Of a DNA stretch of 64,000 nt, positions 13,117 to 25,639 are shown piece after piece. Below the pieces are notes generated by a model. It was not told the origin of the DNA and made no database searches. It saw only the letters and a list, made by a program, of their open reading frames with translations. Source of the DNA: Lytechinus pictus. Lineage: Eukaryota. Location of the stretch: positions 4,838,001 through 4,902,000 of the forward strand of contig NC_087251.1 in NCBI RefSeq assembly GCF_037042905.1, given 5' to 3'. Position 1 is the first letter of the stretch, and every line of letters starts with the position of its first letter. A program made the position numbers and the translations under genes.

Positions 13117-13971
13117 ATTTGGTTTTTATATGACAACTAAAAAAAGATTCTTTTTCATATGAATTTTGAAGCAAAATATGCTCATGCGAGCTCGGTCTTT
13201 TGATTGTCGCGTACATGCGTGCTGCAAACACGAGTGGTCTTACTTGTAGTGCCTGCAGTCTCGTTGCGCGCGTGCAATGGACAAAATCGTATGGATTCAA
13301 AATTGCACGGTTGATGATGTCATTGTAAAATGGGATGAATGATGATATCAAACAACCAATCAAGTGACAAGGATATATATTGTAACGAAATGAAAGGTTT
13401 ATTGAATGTTCAGCATGGTTTCGTAACAGTGAAGAACGTAGAATAATTTTTAATCCATGTATATAGTTGCATAGGGAAATTAAGTAATCGTTTGTAATCG
13501 ATTATTTAGGTATTTTCTTTAAAATGTGTTTTTAAGCACTATTTGCTGAGAAATAACGATGTTTACAACTGTATGATTATGTTAGATATGTTTTTTAATT
13601 ATTTTTCACTGGTCTGGTATTATATAGTAGTGTCAATTACCATTGCTGTAGTTGAAAAGATTTATATTACAACCTTAACTGTTTTTAAAAGATGATTAAA
13701 TTTTATGGCCTGACAATCTCCCTCATCACTCGTCGGGCGTAAGTACGCTCAATTTTAAGCCCTGCAGTATGTTTGGCAGAAAGAGGTTTCTGAACGAAAC
13801 TCCGTTCAATTTTCATTGGAACCTGCCGTGACAAGATGAGCACGATTTTTTTTAGTAAAGTTATCATATATCAGAACTGAATGCCTTGCTTCCTGCTCGT
13901 CGTTATTTTGTTGTATGGAGCTACAAGTATGCATTTTTCGGAAAAGCAGAAGTACAGACTAGAGGAGTGAG

Positions 13972-14100
13972 AATACTGACTTTACTGAGATACGGAAAAT
14001 GCTGAATTTACCGAAAATAATGAATTTACCGAAAATAATGAATTTACCGAGATACTGAGAATACTGAAATTACTGAGATACCGAAATACGGAAATTTATA
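13972..14100. repeat. short tandem repeat, TGAATTTACCGAAAATAA / TACTGAGA units
   Basis: Direct repeats visible in the sequence. Confidence 0.6.
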
Positions 14101-17010
14101 GGAAAACTGGACAACTGCATATCAATGTATCCAGTCCAAACGTATTATTTTAACCATGAAACTTTAGTGTGGACACCGTAATCATATCTCCTTGGTGGAT
14201 TTTAAATGAACTATGTCCATTTTTAAAGTAACAGCAGTCATTTTAGAATCCGTTTTTTGGAAGCCATTTCGGATTTTCAACATACTGGATGACCACTGAC
14301 CGTCCTTGTACCTAATTTCCTGACTTTTAAAACCACGGTAAAGACATCAAAATCATATGCCCATGACGGATATTACATGAACTATGTCCATTTGTAAATA
14401 CCAGCGGCTAATTTTTACTATTTTTTAAGCTACCGTGGACTTTAGGACATAATTGTCCACCCATCGTCCAGGCTGATCGTCCTTGGAACTTATCCTAATG
14501 TATTGTTTGACCCATTTAACCATGGTATAGGCACAAAAACCATATTTCCGGATATTGAACAAACTATGTTTTTTTTTTTAAGAAGCAACAGTATTTTTTA
14601 CTCCATTTCTGGAAGCTATCTTGGATTTTTGAACATACCAGACCACTGACTGTTGTCCCAATGTATTATTCAACCATTGAAACCATGATCTAGACACCAA
14701 AATCGCATCTCCCAGGTAGATATGATATGAGCTATGTCCATTTTAATTATTAAAAGCCATTTCAAACATAATATAGACCACAGACAAGCTACAGCAACAC
14801 TAGAAACAAGGAGACAAAAGGGGCATTAGTGAATATATAGAGAAGACCAATCAGGTTAGTGAAGGGGATGAAAGAAAAGGAGTAGGCAGACACAAAGGGA
14901 AGTTCGTGTAAGTAAGGCCAGTAAAAGACCTCAAATAAAGAGGGATTAAGATAATGAGGCAGGCAACATCAAACATGATCTGGAACAAAACAGTGTTAGA
15001 GGGTATGAGGAAGAGATGAATAACAAGAGAATTAGTGAGAGGTGGGTCAAACAGGTTACAAAGAAAGGCATAATAAACTGGTGCATAAGATAATGTGCAA
15101 AAGACATATAAGTATATATGATAAAGCATTAAACAAACTAAGAGAAGAAGGTAAGTGTAAAGATGTATCTATGAGTGATATGTATATAAATATATCCAAA
15201 AAAGAAATGTATATGAACAAATATAAATACACATATGGTGTAACTGATATTGTAATCCGCTATATAGGTGTGACGGGAAAAAAACATAAGACTATATGTA
15301 GTAGGAAAAAAAAACCCTGTATATGTGAAAAAGAGGAAGCAAATTGCCTAAAAAGGTAAAAGCAAATATAGAAGAGAGGGGGTGTATTATGAAGAAACCA
15401 TAGTATACATGTAAATAAGCAAATGTGGTAAATCTAAAAGAGGTGAGTGGAGAAAAAAAAATATATAATAATTATTATATCGCCTGAATAAGGAAGGAAA
15501 AATTGGAGCTGAGCTTGTATGAGATATGGGAGGAAAGTAGAGGAAGAAACTATAATGTAACTATTCAAAAGAGATGAGAGGAAAAATATATGTATATATA
15601 AATTGAAAGTGGATAGGAAAGAATAATCAGTCGTTCCTTATTTTAATTAGAAGAACAGCGTTGAGTGTGGTTTAAGTTTGAACACTCACCATTAACATAG
15701 TCAATTTCATATATCTATTTTCATTTCCGATTCTTCATTTGTTATCCGTGAGTTCACTGTATCACGCACAAATCTTTCGCCTTTTATTAAAGATTTCCGT
15801 GCAGAGGACCAATAAGATCGGAATTTAATAATTTATTTCTGCCTTGTCTTCGGATGAGGCTTACATTCATGTAACGAAATACATAATTTAAATCAAACAG
15901 CGAAGATATGGAAGATATCAATAAATATTTGTAATTAACTGCGAAATTATGTTTCAATGTTTTAAGTTACCGACCGTAATATGATGAATAACATAACAAG
16001 GTGGGTGAGGCGGCTGGCTATTTTCATTGGAGGCACACGACTTGAAGTGACGTCTTTTTTTCCTCAAGTGAATAGGGTATTATTGAGTATTATTAACGGC
16101 TCAGATCTACTCTTTACAATCATCTTTCTTCTCTTTCCCATTTTATTCGTCTTTTTATTTTATTTCAATTTTTTCTCGTCTTCCCTTGCGTTTTCACAAA
16201 CTGAAAAATCACGGGGTTGGGGCAGGGTGTCACCTTTGCCACTGTAAAGTGTATCGCCGCATCTGCTACTTTTTGAACTACGCTTCTCAGCATCAGTTTG
16301 TACATTCTACATTAACTAGATTTCATGCACACACTGCCCCCTTCCAGCTCTTAAGTTAAACAGTATGGCCCATGGCACAGAGTTTTGTTTACATTCATTA
16401 TGGTGATATCACACGAGTAGCCTACAACTCCCCCTTTAACACTAAAAATATACGCACATTCAAACATATTTTTTGCTCATTCTGATGATAGGACATAATT
16501 ATAATCCATGATATGATGTTGAGAAATGATCTGTATTACATGTCATCTCATAAAACTGAACACTGATCTTGCGATATAGACTAGATAAAAAATGGAAATT
16601 ATACACTAATTGATGGGGAGGTTGCCTTATCTTATTTGTAAGTTTAAAGCTAAAAATATATATACTTAAACATCATTCTTTAGGACTACCCCTACCTGGC
16701 CCCTACACCCGTTAAAATTCCGTCTATGGCTCTTGTCAAAAGGAATAGGATTTCTAGTAAAACGTTTGTTTAAAAATCAAAAGAAATGCTTCATTTTACT
16801 TTATTTGAAAGACTATAGAAGTCGGAGAAGAGGCCTTTTGTATATAAACGTATTTTCGTGATGTTTGAGTAAATTGCTTTGGAGTATGCTTGAAAAGTCT
16901 ATGCTTTCCAGTACATTCCCTTTTCATCTTCATCTTATTGTATTTCGTTTTAATTTCATGACCATTCTTAGACTAGAGACTCAACGAGCTTGTATCATCA
17001 TGAATCTTAC

Positions 17011-17473
17011 CAACTGTAGTCACCACTGTTAATGCAAAGAAGTAAGTGTGTTTTACGCTCCATGGATGGTCAAAATAAGTTTCGTCGACCGTTCCTGTGC
17101 TGAGTTGGGAAGAATAAGGATGACCACTCGAGTATCCCCCTTCTCCTATGGCCGTGGTCACGATCCTCATCATCTCAGCAACATCGTCCTCCTCAATGCA
17201 ATCATTTTCTGACGAAAGTCGTCTGAGTGCTTCGTGAAAGTCTTCATACGCCTCCAATGCAGTCTTACGCTCGAATGTGGTAAAAATGACTGCTCCAACA
17301 AACATATATGCCAACACGATTGCAAAAGTAAACCAAATTATCACCCATTTTGTCTTTTCCGGTGGCGATAATTTCCCTTTGTCTTCATCTTCATCTGAAT
17401 TGTCTTCAGTCTCTCCTCCTATACCACTTTCTTTCTCCCCATTTTGACCGTCGATTATCACGATATCTGTCAT
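17011..17473 (-). CDS. two-pore-domain (K2P/KCNK, TREK/TALK-like) potassium channel, exon 1 (TM1, cap, pore helix 1)
   Basis: MTDIVII...IVLAYMFVGAVIFTTFE (M1)...WSVKHTYFFALTVVTTVG, then G|GTAAGA donor in phase 1, the typical K2P intron position inside the first filter. The three exons join in frame (463+386+201 nt = 349 aa + stop). Confidence 0.92.
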
Positions 17474-18009
17474 TATTTCTAGTCATCATCAACTACTTAC
17501 AGATCGAAATGGAAACACGAAATCACGATACAGTCCATCACCACTAGACCAAACATAAAAAGAGGTGTCAATTTATATCAACTAGCTTCTCTGTACATTA
17601 TCACTTGAAATACTACCAGCGTTATTACGTAAGATCACCTAACTTCAGAGCTCATATAGAAATCCACTCCATATTATACCTCTTTTGCAACAATAATATT
17701 AATATGCTGGTGGCCTACATGTAGTTACGTATTTTCCAATATCTGTCTGATAACCAGATCAAACCGATTGGATTAAGTATATACTAGTGGTGGATCCTTG
17801 ATTGACCAGGTGGACAGTCCACCTGGTCAATAAAGGATCATGGACTAAGCCAATGATCGACATCAAGGTCAACTGAATCTTTGAGTGTGAAAAATACCCA
17901 CAATTGCACTGCCTCATAATCATGTAGCCATGGAGGTATTTGAAATAAGGTTTCGAAAATTTCATCTGTACAACTCTTATAGCAACATGCCTTACAGGAC
18001 CGACGGCAA

Positions 18010-18031
18010 ATATATATATATATATACATAA

Positions 18032-18105
<74 letters not shown>
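18010..18105. repeat. (TA)n microsatellite
   Basis: Seen directly. Further (TA)n tracts at about 18574-18615 and 19438-19554. Confidence 0.95.
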
Positions 18106-18114
<9 letters not shown>

Positions 18115-18571
18115 AAAGACTTAATAGAAACGCCGTGAGGAGACATAATCTTCCCAATTTTCGGTCATAGACCTTCTTCAGGGATGAATTTATTAAATCC
18201 AAAACAGGTTGCATCATTTGGTGATGGTACCAACGCGCAATAAATACAATGCGCAACAACATAACTAACGCGACAGGTGCATTGTTAGATGATATTCTGA
18301 CGTAATGAGTAAAGTCCAGGCAACTATTATGACGTAGAGTAAAAACGGCAAAAGAGTCTATCGATCCATCGGTAAAGAAAGAAAAGTTCACTTGGTCTCA
18401 GGCATTGGGAAGGCGAGGGTCCCGAGCCGGGGTCCCGAGACTGTAGATCAGCTTCTCTTCTTTGCGATCCGTCTCACGGTCGCAAGGGATGGCAACGCAT
18501 ACCTGTAGATCGTTGATGAAATGTCCAGGTTTTGTCAGATTTTGGGGAAATTTATCAACACAGATTTTGGG

Positions 18572-18618
<47 letters not shown>

Positions 18619-18713
18619 AAAGAAATGGATGAAGAGAACAATGGTAGGCGTAGCTTAAATCAAGGTTCCCCAGAGCTATCTACCCTTTGGAAAAATTGGT
18701 GATGCCGAAAAAA

Positions 18714-18785
18714 TGTCTCTGCCGGGAATCGAACCCGGGCCCCCAGCTTTGAACGCCGGTACCTTAACCACTAGACCACAGAGAC
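18714..18785 (-). tRNA. tRNA-like gene, anticodon TCA (copy 1; D-stem has an extra G-T pair)
   Basis: Cloverleaf as in copy 2 with AGGT instead of AGGC in the D arm. Followed by TTTTTT. Confidence 0.55.
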
Positions 18786-19120
18786 GGGTTAGTGGCTAGG
18801 GCGACCCCGATCCGATTGACCGTCAGATAGACAGATTTTCGACACTATACCAATTATAATTTCCTTTGTCGGGTGAAGGTGGGTTTCGAACAATGACAAG
18901 CCGCCATGCTTCAGCTGGATCAAAGCTATTGCTTTGATACAGTACACGTATGGGAGAAAGTATACAAATGTGTAAAGTTATACATGTACAACAGCTTTGG
19001 CAACTCTTTTATTTAAATATTGTAAAGAAGTGGATGAAGAGAACAATGGTAGGCGTAGCTTAAATCAAGGTTCCCCACAGAGCTATCTACCCTATGGAAA
19101 AATTGGTGATGCCGAAAAAA

Positions 19121-19192
19121 TGTCTCTGCCGGGAATCGAACCCGGGCCCCCAGCTTTGAACGCCGGTGCCTTAACCACTAGACCACAGAGAC
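19121..19192 (-). tRNA. tRNA-like gene, anticodon TCA (UGA-reading, not Sec-type) (copy 2)
   Basis: GTCTCTG TG GTCT AGTGGTTA AGGC A CCGGC GTTCAAA GCTGG GGGC CCGGG TTCGATT CCCGG CAGAGAC A. All four stems pair, length is 72 nt, A and B boxes are present and a T6 terminator follows immediately. Function unproven. Confidence 0.6.
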
Positions 19193-19437
19193 GGGTTAGT
19201 AGCTAGGGCGACCCCGATCCGATTGACCGTCAGATAGACAGATTTTCGACACTATACCAATTATAATTTCCTTTGTCGGGTGAAGGTGGGTTTCGAACAA
19301 TGACAAGCCGCCATGCTTCAGCTGGATCAAAGCTATTGCTTTGATACAGTACACGTATAGGAGAAAGTATATAAATGTGTAAAGTTTTACAAGTCCACTC
19401 CCAAAAATGTACATACATACATAAACATGTATATGTT

Positions 19438-19557
<120 letters not shown>

Positions 19558-19697
19558 ATGGGGGGGGTGGGCAAGACGACCCAAATCATTGGGGAGTTGA
19601 AGCCTTGGGGTTAGACCTGGGCGTTGGGGTTTTAGTTCTTGACCACGACATTAGTTATCTGTATGATACGATATTGGGGTTTTGCCATTTCAACCAG

Positions 19698-19865
19698 GGG
19701 ACCGTTTCATGAAAGTTGTCAGCACTGACAAGCCTGTCTTTCTCCAACAGTTACTATAGTAACAGTCAGAGGACAGAGCTTCTCAGCCAATCAAAAGCAA
19801 GGATTTCACTGAAATAGTCAGCACTGACAATTTAGATAGTGCTGACAACTTTCATGAAACACCCC
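19698..19865. mobile_element. Harbinger-type MITE related to the one at 4922
   Basis: GGGACCGTTTCATGAAAGTTGTCAGCAC ... GTGCTGACAACTTTCATGAAACACCCC inverted ends. Shared CTCAGCCAATCAAAA core. Confidence 0.65.
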
Positions 19866-20307
19866 TTTTACCTTGTTCGGGGAAATGTATGGGGGTGGGG
19901 TTGGTGATTGGCCTCCTCCTCGCATTATTATTTCAATTTTAATTTGCGTTGTCTCGGACGCATTGTTCGTACGAATGGTTAGGTAGGCACTTTTGATGAC
20001 AAAGTACAGCGAGGGGTGATAAAATGTCCAGCTCCTACGTCACTATCCATCCGACGGCTCGCCGATGAATATTCATTAGATCGTGGTCGTGTGCATGTGT
20101 GTGTGTACAATACCGAGAGTGAATAACCAAATAGAGTTTTCAAATGGTGTGTGTGTGCATAAAACAACGTAGGAGTTTATAGTGTAGAAAATAAGTGTTT
20201 GATGAAGTTTTTACATAAGAGGAAATAATATAAATATATGGAGGACAATGGAAGATGAGGTGAGGCAAGTGTGCAGTGAGGGTTTTTATCAGAAGAGGAG
20301 GTAATAC

Positions 20308-22485
20308 CATGGGCGGAAATCCCAGGGGGGACAGGGGGGACGTGTCCCCCCTACTCAAAATAGTAGGGGGGACACAATATCAATTGTCCCCCCTACTATT
20401 TTTGGTCTTTTATGATTGGGACGAGTTGGGACAAGATGACCTTATATACTTTTGGGATAACCTTTTTTTATTTTGCTTGTCAAATTTTCCCGCCCCTTGT
20501 CTCCGTAGGCGGACCAGGGGGCCGAGGGGCCCGCCAGCCCCCTACCCCTCCCCACTCTTGGCGGACCGAAAAAAGAAAAAAAAAGGAAAGAAAGAAGGAA
20601 TAAAGGAGGGAAAAGAGAGGAGAAAAAGAAGAGAAGGACGACGAGTGCATAAAATACAAAACACATTTCACCTCGGAAATCAAACTTTCATTATGTTGTG
20701 TGATTTACAAATTGATTTTTAAAAAGTGCTCTGTAAAAATGTCAGTTTTATGGTCTGAATATTAACATTTGCTGCTTGTGCTGCGCGTTCGCAAATTTTG
20801 ATTTATCAGGTACCTATTATTTTCGTGTATTTCATAAAGTTTTCAAAATATCCCTGAATAGGTCTGATTGTTAAGACGTATCAGCTAGCGCGCTGCACGC
20901 TCGCGTTTTGATTGGCGAGTTATTATGTTTCAATATTGATTATACAACAAACTACTTAAAATCCCCTTTTCATGACAGTTTATCAAAAATTTTAGCTTGC
21001 GATTTGCGCTCGCATTAATGGTTAAAAATATATTAACTGATGCATCCTATTCATAATTACAAAAGTGAAATGTCCAGTTTTTATGCCATAATATCATCAG
21101 ATTTCGCGCCCTCATTAGGCATTAATAAATATGATATTAATTTAATAATCAAATTGTCCCTTTTGTTTCATCTCGCTTAGCAAGAGGAATAGGAAGATAG
21201 AAGATAGGAAGATGTCGTAAGGATGTCCCGGTCCTATGTCAAAACTCGGAGTAATAATAATGAAAATATCAGCTCTTTTTTAAGTGCGATCCATATCCAC
21301 CTTCAATTTTCTACAAAGTGCTTCAAATATAAAGCTGAAATTTTCAGATCGGAATATCAAAGTTTCATGAATTTCATGATGTATTTAGAATGCCTAGATT
21401 CTTGGTCTAAATATGAAACACGCGCGCGCATGTTTATTCAGATACTTAACTTGTTCTCTTTTTAAATCATTATCCAGTTTCAGATGACAATATCAAAATT
21501 TTTCTGCTCGCACTTTGTGCTCTTATTATTAATGTAGGAAGACCCCATATTACTCATCCTTTTTATGATTTACAAAACATGAACAGAGTGGCCCATTTTT
21601 AGGTCTAAATCTCGATTTTTTTTTCTGCTCGCGCTTCGCGCTCGCACCAATTATTAAATTATATAGCTATCCTGTTTACGATTACGTAAACTGATTAAAA
21701 ATTTCCATTCTTTCTTTAGAAAGTTCAAAAATTTTCAGCTCTCGCTTCGCGCTCGCATTTTTTGATTGTTGAAATATGTAACGCCTTCATGGCTAAGTGC
21801 AAGCAGTCTTTGACAGTTACCTTTTCAACAGGTTCCAGTTCAAAACGTGTATAAAAATTTTCTGCTCGTGCTTTGCGCTCGCATTATTAATACTCATCCT
21901 TTTCATGATTTACAAAATATGAATAGAGTGTCTCGTTCAGTAAATATTATAGGACTAAATCTTGACATTTTCCGCTCGCATCAATTGTTTACTTATATAC
22001 CTATTCTGCTTAAGTTACAATTCTTTAGGTGAAAATGTAAAAAAAAAAAAAAGCTCGCGCTTCGCTCTCATTATTTGATTGTAAAATGCTACTTTATAAC
22101 GGGTATCTTTTCCATCAGTTCATTTCTGCTCGCGCTTTGCGTTCGTAGTAATTATTAAGTTGCATACACATCTTTTTCAGGATAACAAACATTGCCCAGA
22201 ATGTTCAAATTTTAGACAAAAATACATAAAATTTCCAAAAAATTAGCTCGCGCTTCGCGCTCGCATCATATAAATAAGGATTATGATATTATATATTAAT
22301 TTATAAGAATAAATCTAAGAAGTGACTAATGAGGACTACCCCTTCAAAGAAACAAACAAAAATCATCTTCGAGCTGCCGATCGGGGAAAATACGGCTGAA
22401 ACAAATTTCGCCCCCCCCCCCCTCTTGGCGAAGGCTGGATCCGCCCTGTGTCCCCCCTACCTTTTGGGAGAGATTTCCGCCCCTG
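20308..22485. mobile_element. hAT non-autonomous element in the left foldback arm, with a second hAT-like element (~20504-22448) nested inside
   Basis: CATGGGCGGAAATC ... GATTTCCGCCCCTG with TSD GGTAATAC/GATAATAC. The inner element ends GGATCCGCCCTG and has many GCTCGCGCTTCGCGCTCGCA repeats. Confidence 0.8.
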
Positions 22486-22489
22486 GATA

Positions 22490-23222
22490 ATACAAATATA
22501 TTATGGAGGACATGAAATGTAAGATGAGCAGAGGCAAGTGTACAGTGAGCTAGTTTTTCAAAAAAGGAGATAATACAAATATATATGGAGGACAATGTAA
22601 GATGAGCTGAGGCAAGTGTGCAGTGAGGTTTTTTCGAAAGAGGAGATAATACAAATATATATGGCGGAGGACAATGTAAGATGAGCTGAGGCAAGTGTGC
22701 AGTGAGGTTTTTTCGAAAGAGGAGATAATACAAATCATGTAAGATGAGGTGAGGAAAGTGTAGGCCTACGGTGATGGTTTTATAAAAAAATGTATAATAA
22801 TAATAAAATATATGTAGAGGACAATGTAAGATGAGATGAGGCAAGTGTGCAGTGATGTTTTTTCAAAGATTGTATAATGATAAAATATATGTAGAGGACA
22901 ATGTAAGATGAGCTGAGGCAAGTGTGCAGTGAGGTTTTTTCGAAAGAGGAGATAATACAAATCATGTAAGATGAGGTGAGGAAAGTGTGCAGTGAGTTTT
23001 TTTCGAAAGAGGAGATAATACAAATCATGTAAGATGAGGTGAGGAAAGTGTACGGTGATGGTTTTATTAAAAAATGTATAATAATAATAAAATATATGTA
23101 GAGGACAATGTAAGATGAGATGAGGCAAGTGTGTAGTGATGTTTTTTCAAAGATTGTATAATGATAAAATATATGTAGAGGACAATGTAAGATGAGATGA
23201 GGCAAGTGTAAAGTGAGGTTTT
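22490..23222 (-). repeat. tandem array (~57-76-bp units), left arm of the foldback element
   Basis: Repeated GAGGACAATGTAAGATGAG...GAGGCAAGTGTGCAGTGAGG. Confidence 0.9.
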
Positions 23223-25639
23223 ATCCGATTTTGATGAAATTTTCAGTCTCATGAACTTTAAGACAAAAATGTAATGAAAATAGGCTTATGTGGCGGTAAG
23301 GCAAGTCTCAAATCATATGGATTAATTGGGGGCCAATTTTTTTGGAATGAACTTAACATCTCGAGCCGAGTGCTTTGAAGTTTGAACCTCCTGCTTGCAT
23401 GAATGAATTTTGAACCTTTCCACTCCCAAAATATATAAAATCTCTTCCCAAAAGTTGCAAATCTGATAGAAATAATTGTTTTGTCTTTTTAAAACCAGAA
23501 TATGCAAAACAATTGTCTTAATATTTTTTCTTAGTCATGTTTCACCCAAGTCAGCAGGAAAACTATGGTCCCAGAAAAAATTGACCGAGGCAAATTTACG
23601 TGGGCTGGTTCAACTGTAAGTGTCGATTTTGAAAAAAATCAAAAAATAATATCTTGTCAGTTCATAATACTCATTTTGTCGATAGGAGTCCATTCAAGGT
23701 CAATAATCATAACTGATATTAAGTGGAAAGGCTATATCTTTTCCTTGCTGATCTAGCATGTCATGATCTTTACCTCTGTCATTTTTAACTCTGCCATATT
23801 TACCCGGCACCATGAAATTGAATACCAGCCCTGAACCTTATCATCATTACCATCGATCACTTTCAAATATACCTCACACCATTTACATCATCACAAACTT
23901 CAACTCTCACACTTTGAGTCAATCAACTTAACACTCTCATGCTTGATTAATAATTTTCTGTTGTAACGGGACGCACACATTATTACTACACCAAACTGTG
24001 AGAGAACAACAGCACTTGAGTCATAACATTATGCCAAAATACCACTTAGTCTTGAATTTATTAAATTAATCAAATTGAAATATATATGACATACTGTTGC
24101 ACAAGTGGAAGCTACGTTGTCATGATAAGAATAGTAATAATAAAATTCAGAGTATATAATTAGCCATAGTATATTTGATTGACTTATACTTCAGGTTTAT
24201 GTAGCTATACATATTTCAAGTAATTGGGTTTTTTTTTTTTGGGGGGGAGGGGGATTGTCCTCAGTGATAGTTGATACCTACTGTGTGTTTGGCCAACTTT
24301 AATTGGTAAGCATACATTGACTTAATTTGTAAATGATAAAGTATATAGACCGTGCACATGTAAAGAAATTAAGTTAAAGAATATATAAAAAAAAACGACA
24401 ACAACAAACAGTATAAATGCATAACAGGTAATACAACCTATTTGAACAAAAGAACTTTCACAATTTGCAAGCACTACATTTGACAGTAAGCTGAATCAAA
24501 TAGTATAATCTGATATGGGACGGAAAGAGATTATATGTCATAACGCTTGAAAGACAATCTATTTATATGTAATTAATGGTAATTACAGGACCACTAAGTT
24601 CTTCTACATCACGGCTTTATATATTGTTGATTTATCAAGTTGTGTAAGTAGGCCTACTGTTACAATATCAGTTGCCTGGTTGAGGCAAGATTAATGGTTG
24701 TTGTGATTAAATGAAATCTATAAGAGTTAGATAACAAAATAAATACAAAAAAATACCAACAGCTAGGCAACTTTTTTTTATTTTTAATTTCATACACTAT
24801 GTGTGTTTTTTTTTTCTCATCAAAACTAAATGTGACCAGCCACCCAGAATCAACAATAAGTTGCCATGGAAAGTTTTTAGTAAATAAGCACAATAGTTTT
24901 TAATAAAAGAAAAAATATCAAAATTTAGTTAATCTAAAAGGGTAATTATTTTTCTTTATACTGTCCAAATTTAAGGTTGTAAAAGTTGAAGACAAAAATA
25001 CAAGAGTTTCTTTGAAAACCATTGCTTAATAGTTTAAGGTTGCATATTACACATCTCACAATTGAGTGAACCCCAAATATCGAACCTTGTTTTCTCCGAA
25101 TTCGTTGAAGCTCTCACCAAATTTCCTGCATTCAATCAAGTACTTAAGAGGGACATTATTGACCTCAATTGATATATCATTTTAAAGCTCATGATGTGCT
25201 TGTTCAAGATGCCATGAAAATCTTCAAATTAATATATGGCATTTATTGTTAGTTTTAGGGTGGCTGGAGACATATAGCTTGTCAATTGCATAAAACGATC
25301 AACTTTTTTTACAAGTGACCCACATTTTTCTCAAGTTTTACTTGATCATTTTATAAACTGACCAAGCCATGGTCATTTGAGAGCATAAGACTATCAAAAG
25401 AACAAGAAATCATGACCAAAGTTTAATGTGTGGTAACAGATGCATGTTAACAATGTTTCTACACCGTCTCCTAAGACTGATGTATAGGCAGCAAAATGGT
25501 TGCAAATTTTGTCTAAAATGGTATGAGGACAATTAACAAAAAAACAAAATACCAAATAAAACACTATACACTAATGGCATAGAATCTTGCATGGAATAGT
25601 TGTCACAGAATAATGATCAGCCTCAAAACTGATTACTTG

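Larger units (their letters stand above)
18616..19415 (-). repeat. head-to-tail dimer of a ~400-bp tRNA-containing repeat embedded in (TA)n
   Basis: 18616-18984 and 19021-19391 are near-identical and separated by 36 bp. (TA)n lies on both outer sides. Confidence 0.9.

Noticed and set aside
19121..19192. tRNA-Sec assignment for the TCA tRNA
   Set aside because: It is only 72 nt, with a 7/5 fold and a 4-nt variable loop. tRNA-Sec has a long variable arm and a 9/4 fold.
19285..19350. Hammerhead-like CTGAAG...CGAAAC on the minus strand of the tRNA repeat
   Set aside because: The core reads CUGAAGC rather than CUGANGA, and I could not build stems I and III in the right register. It is at best a relic.
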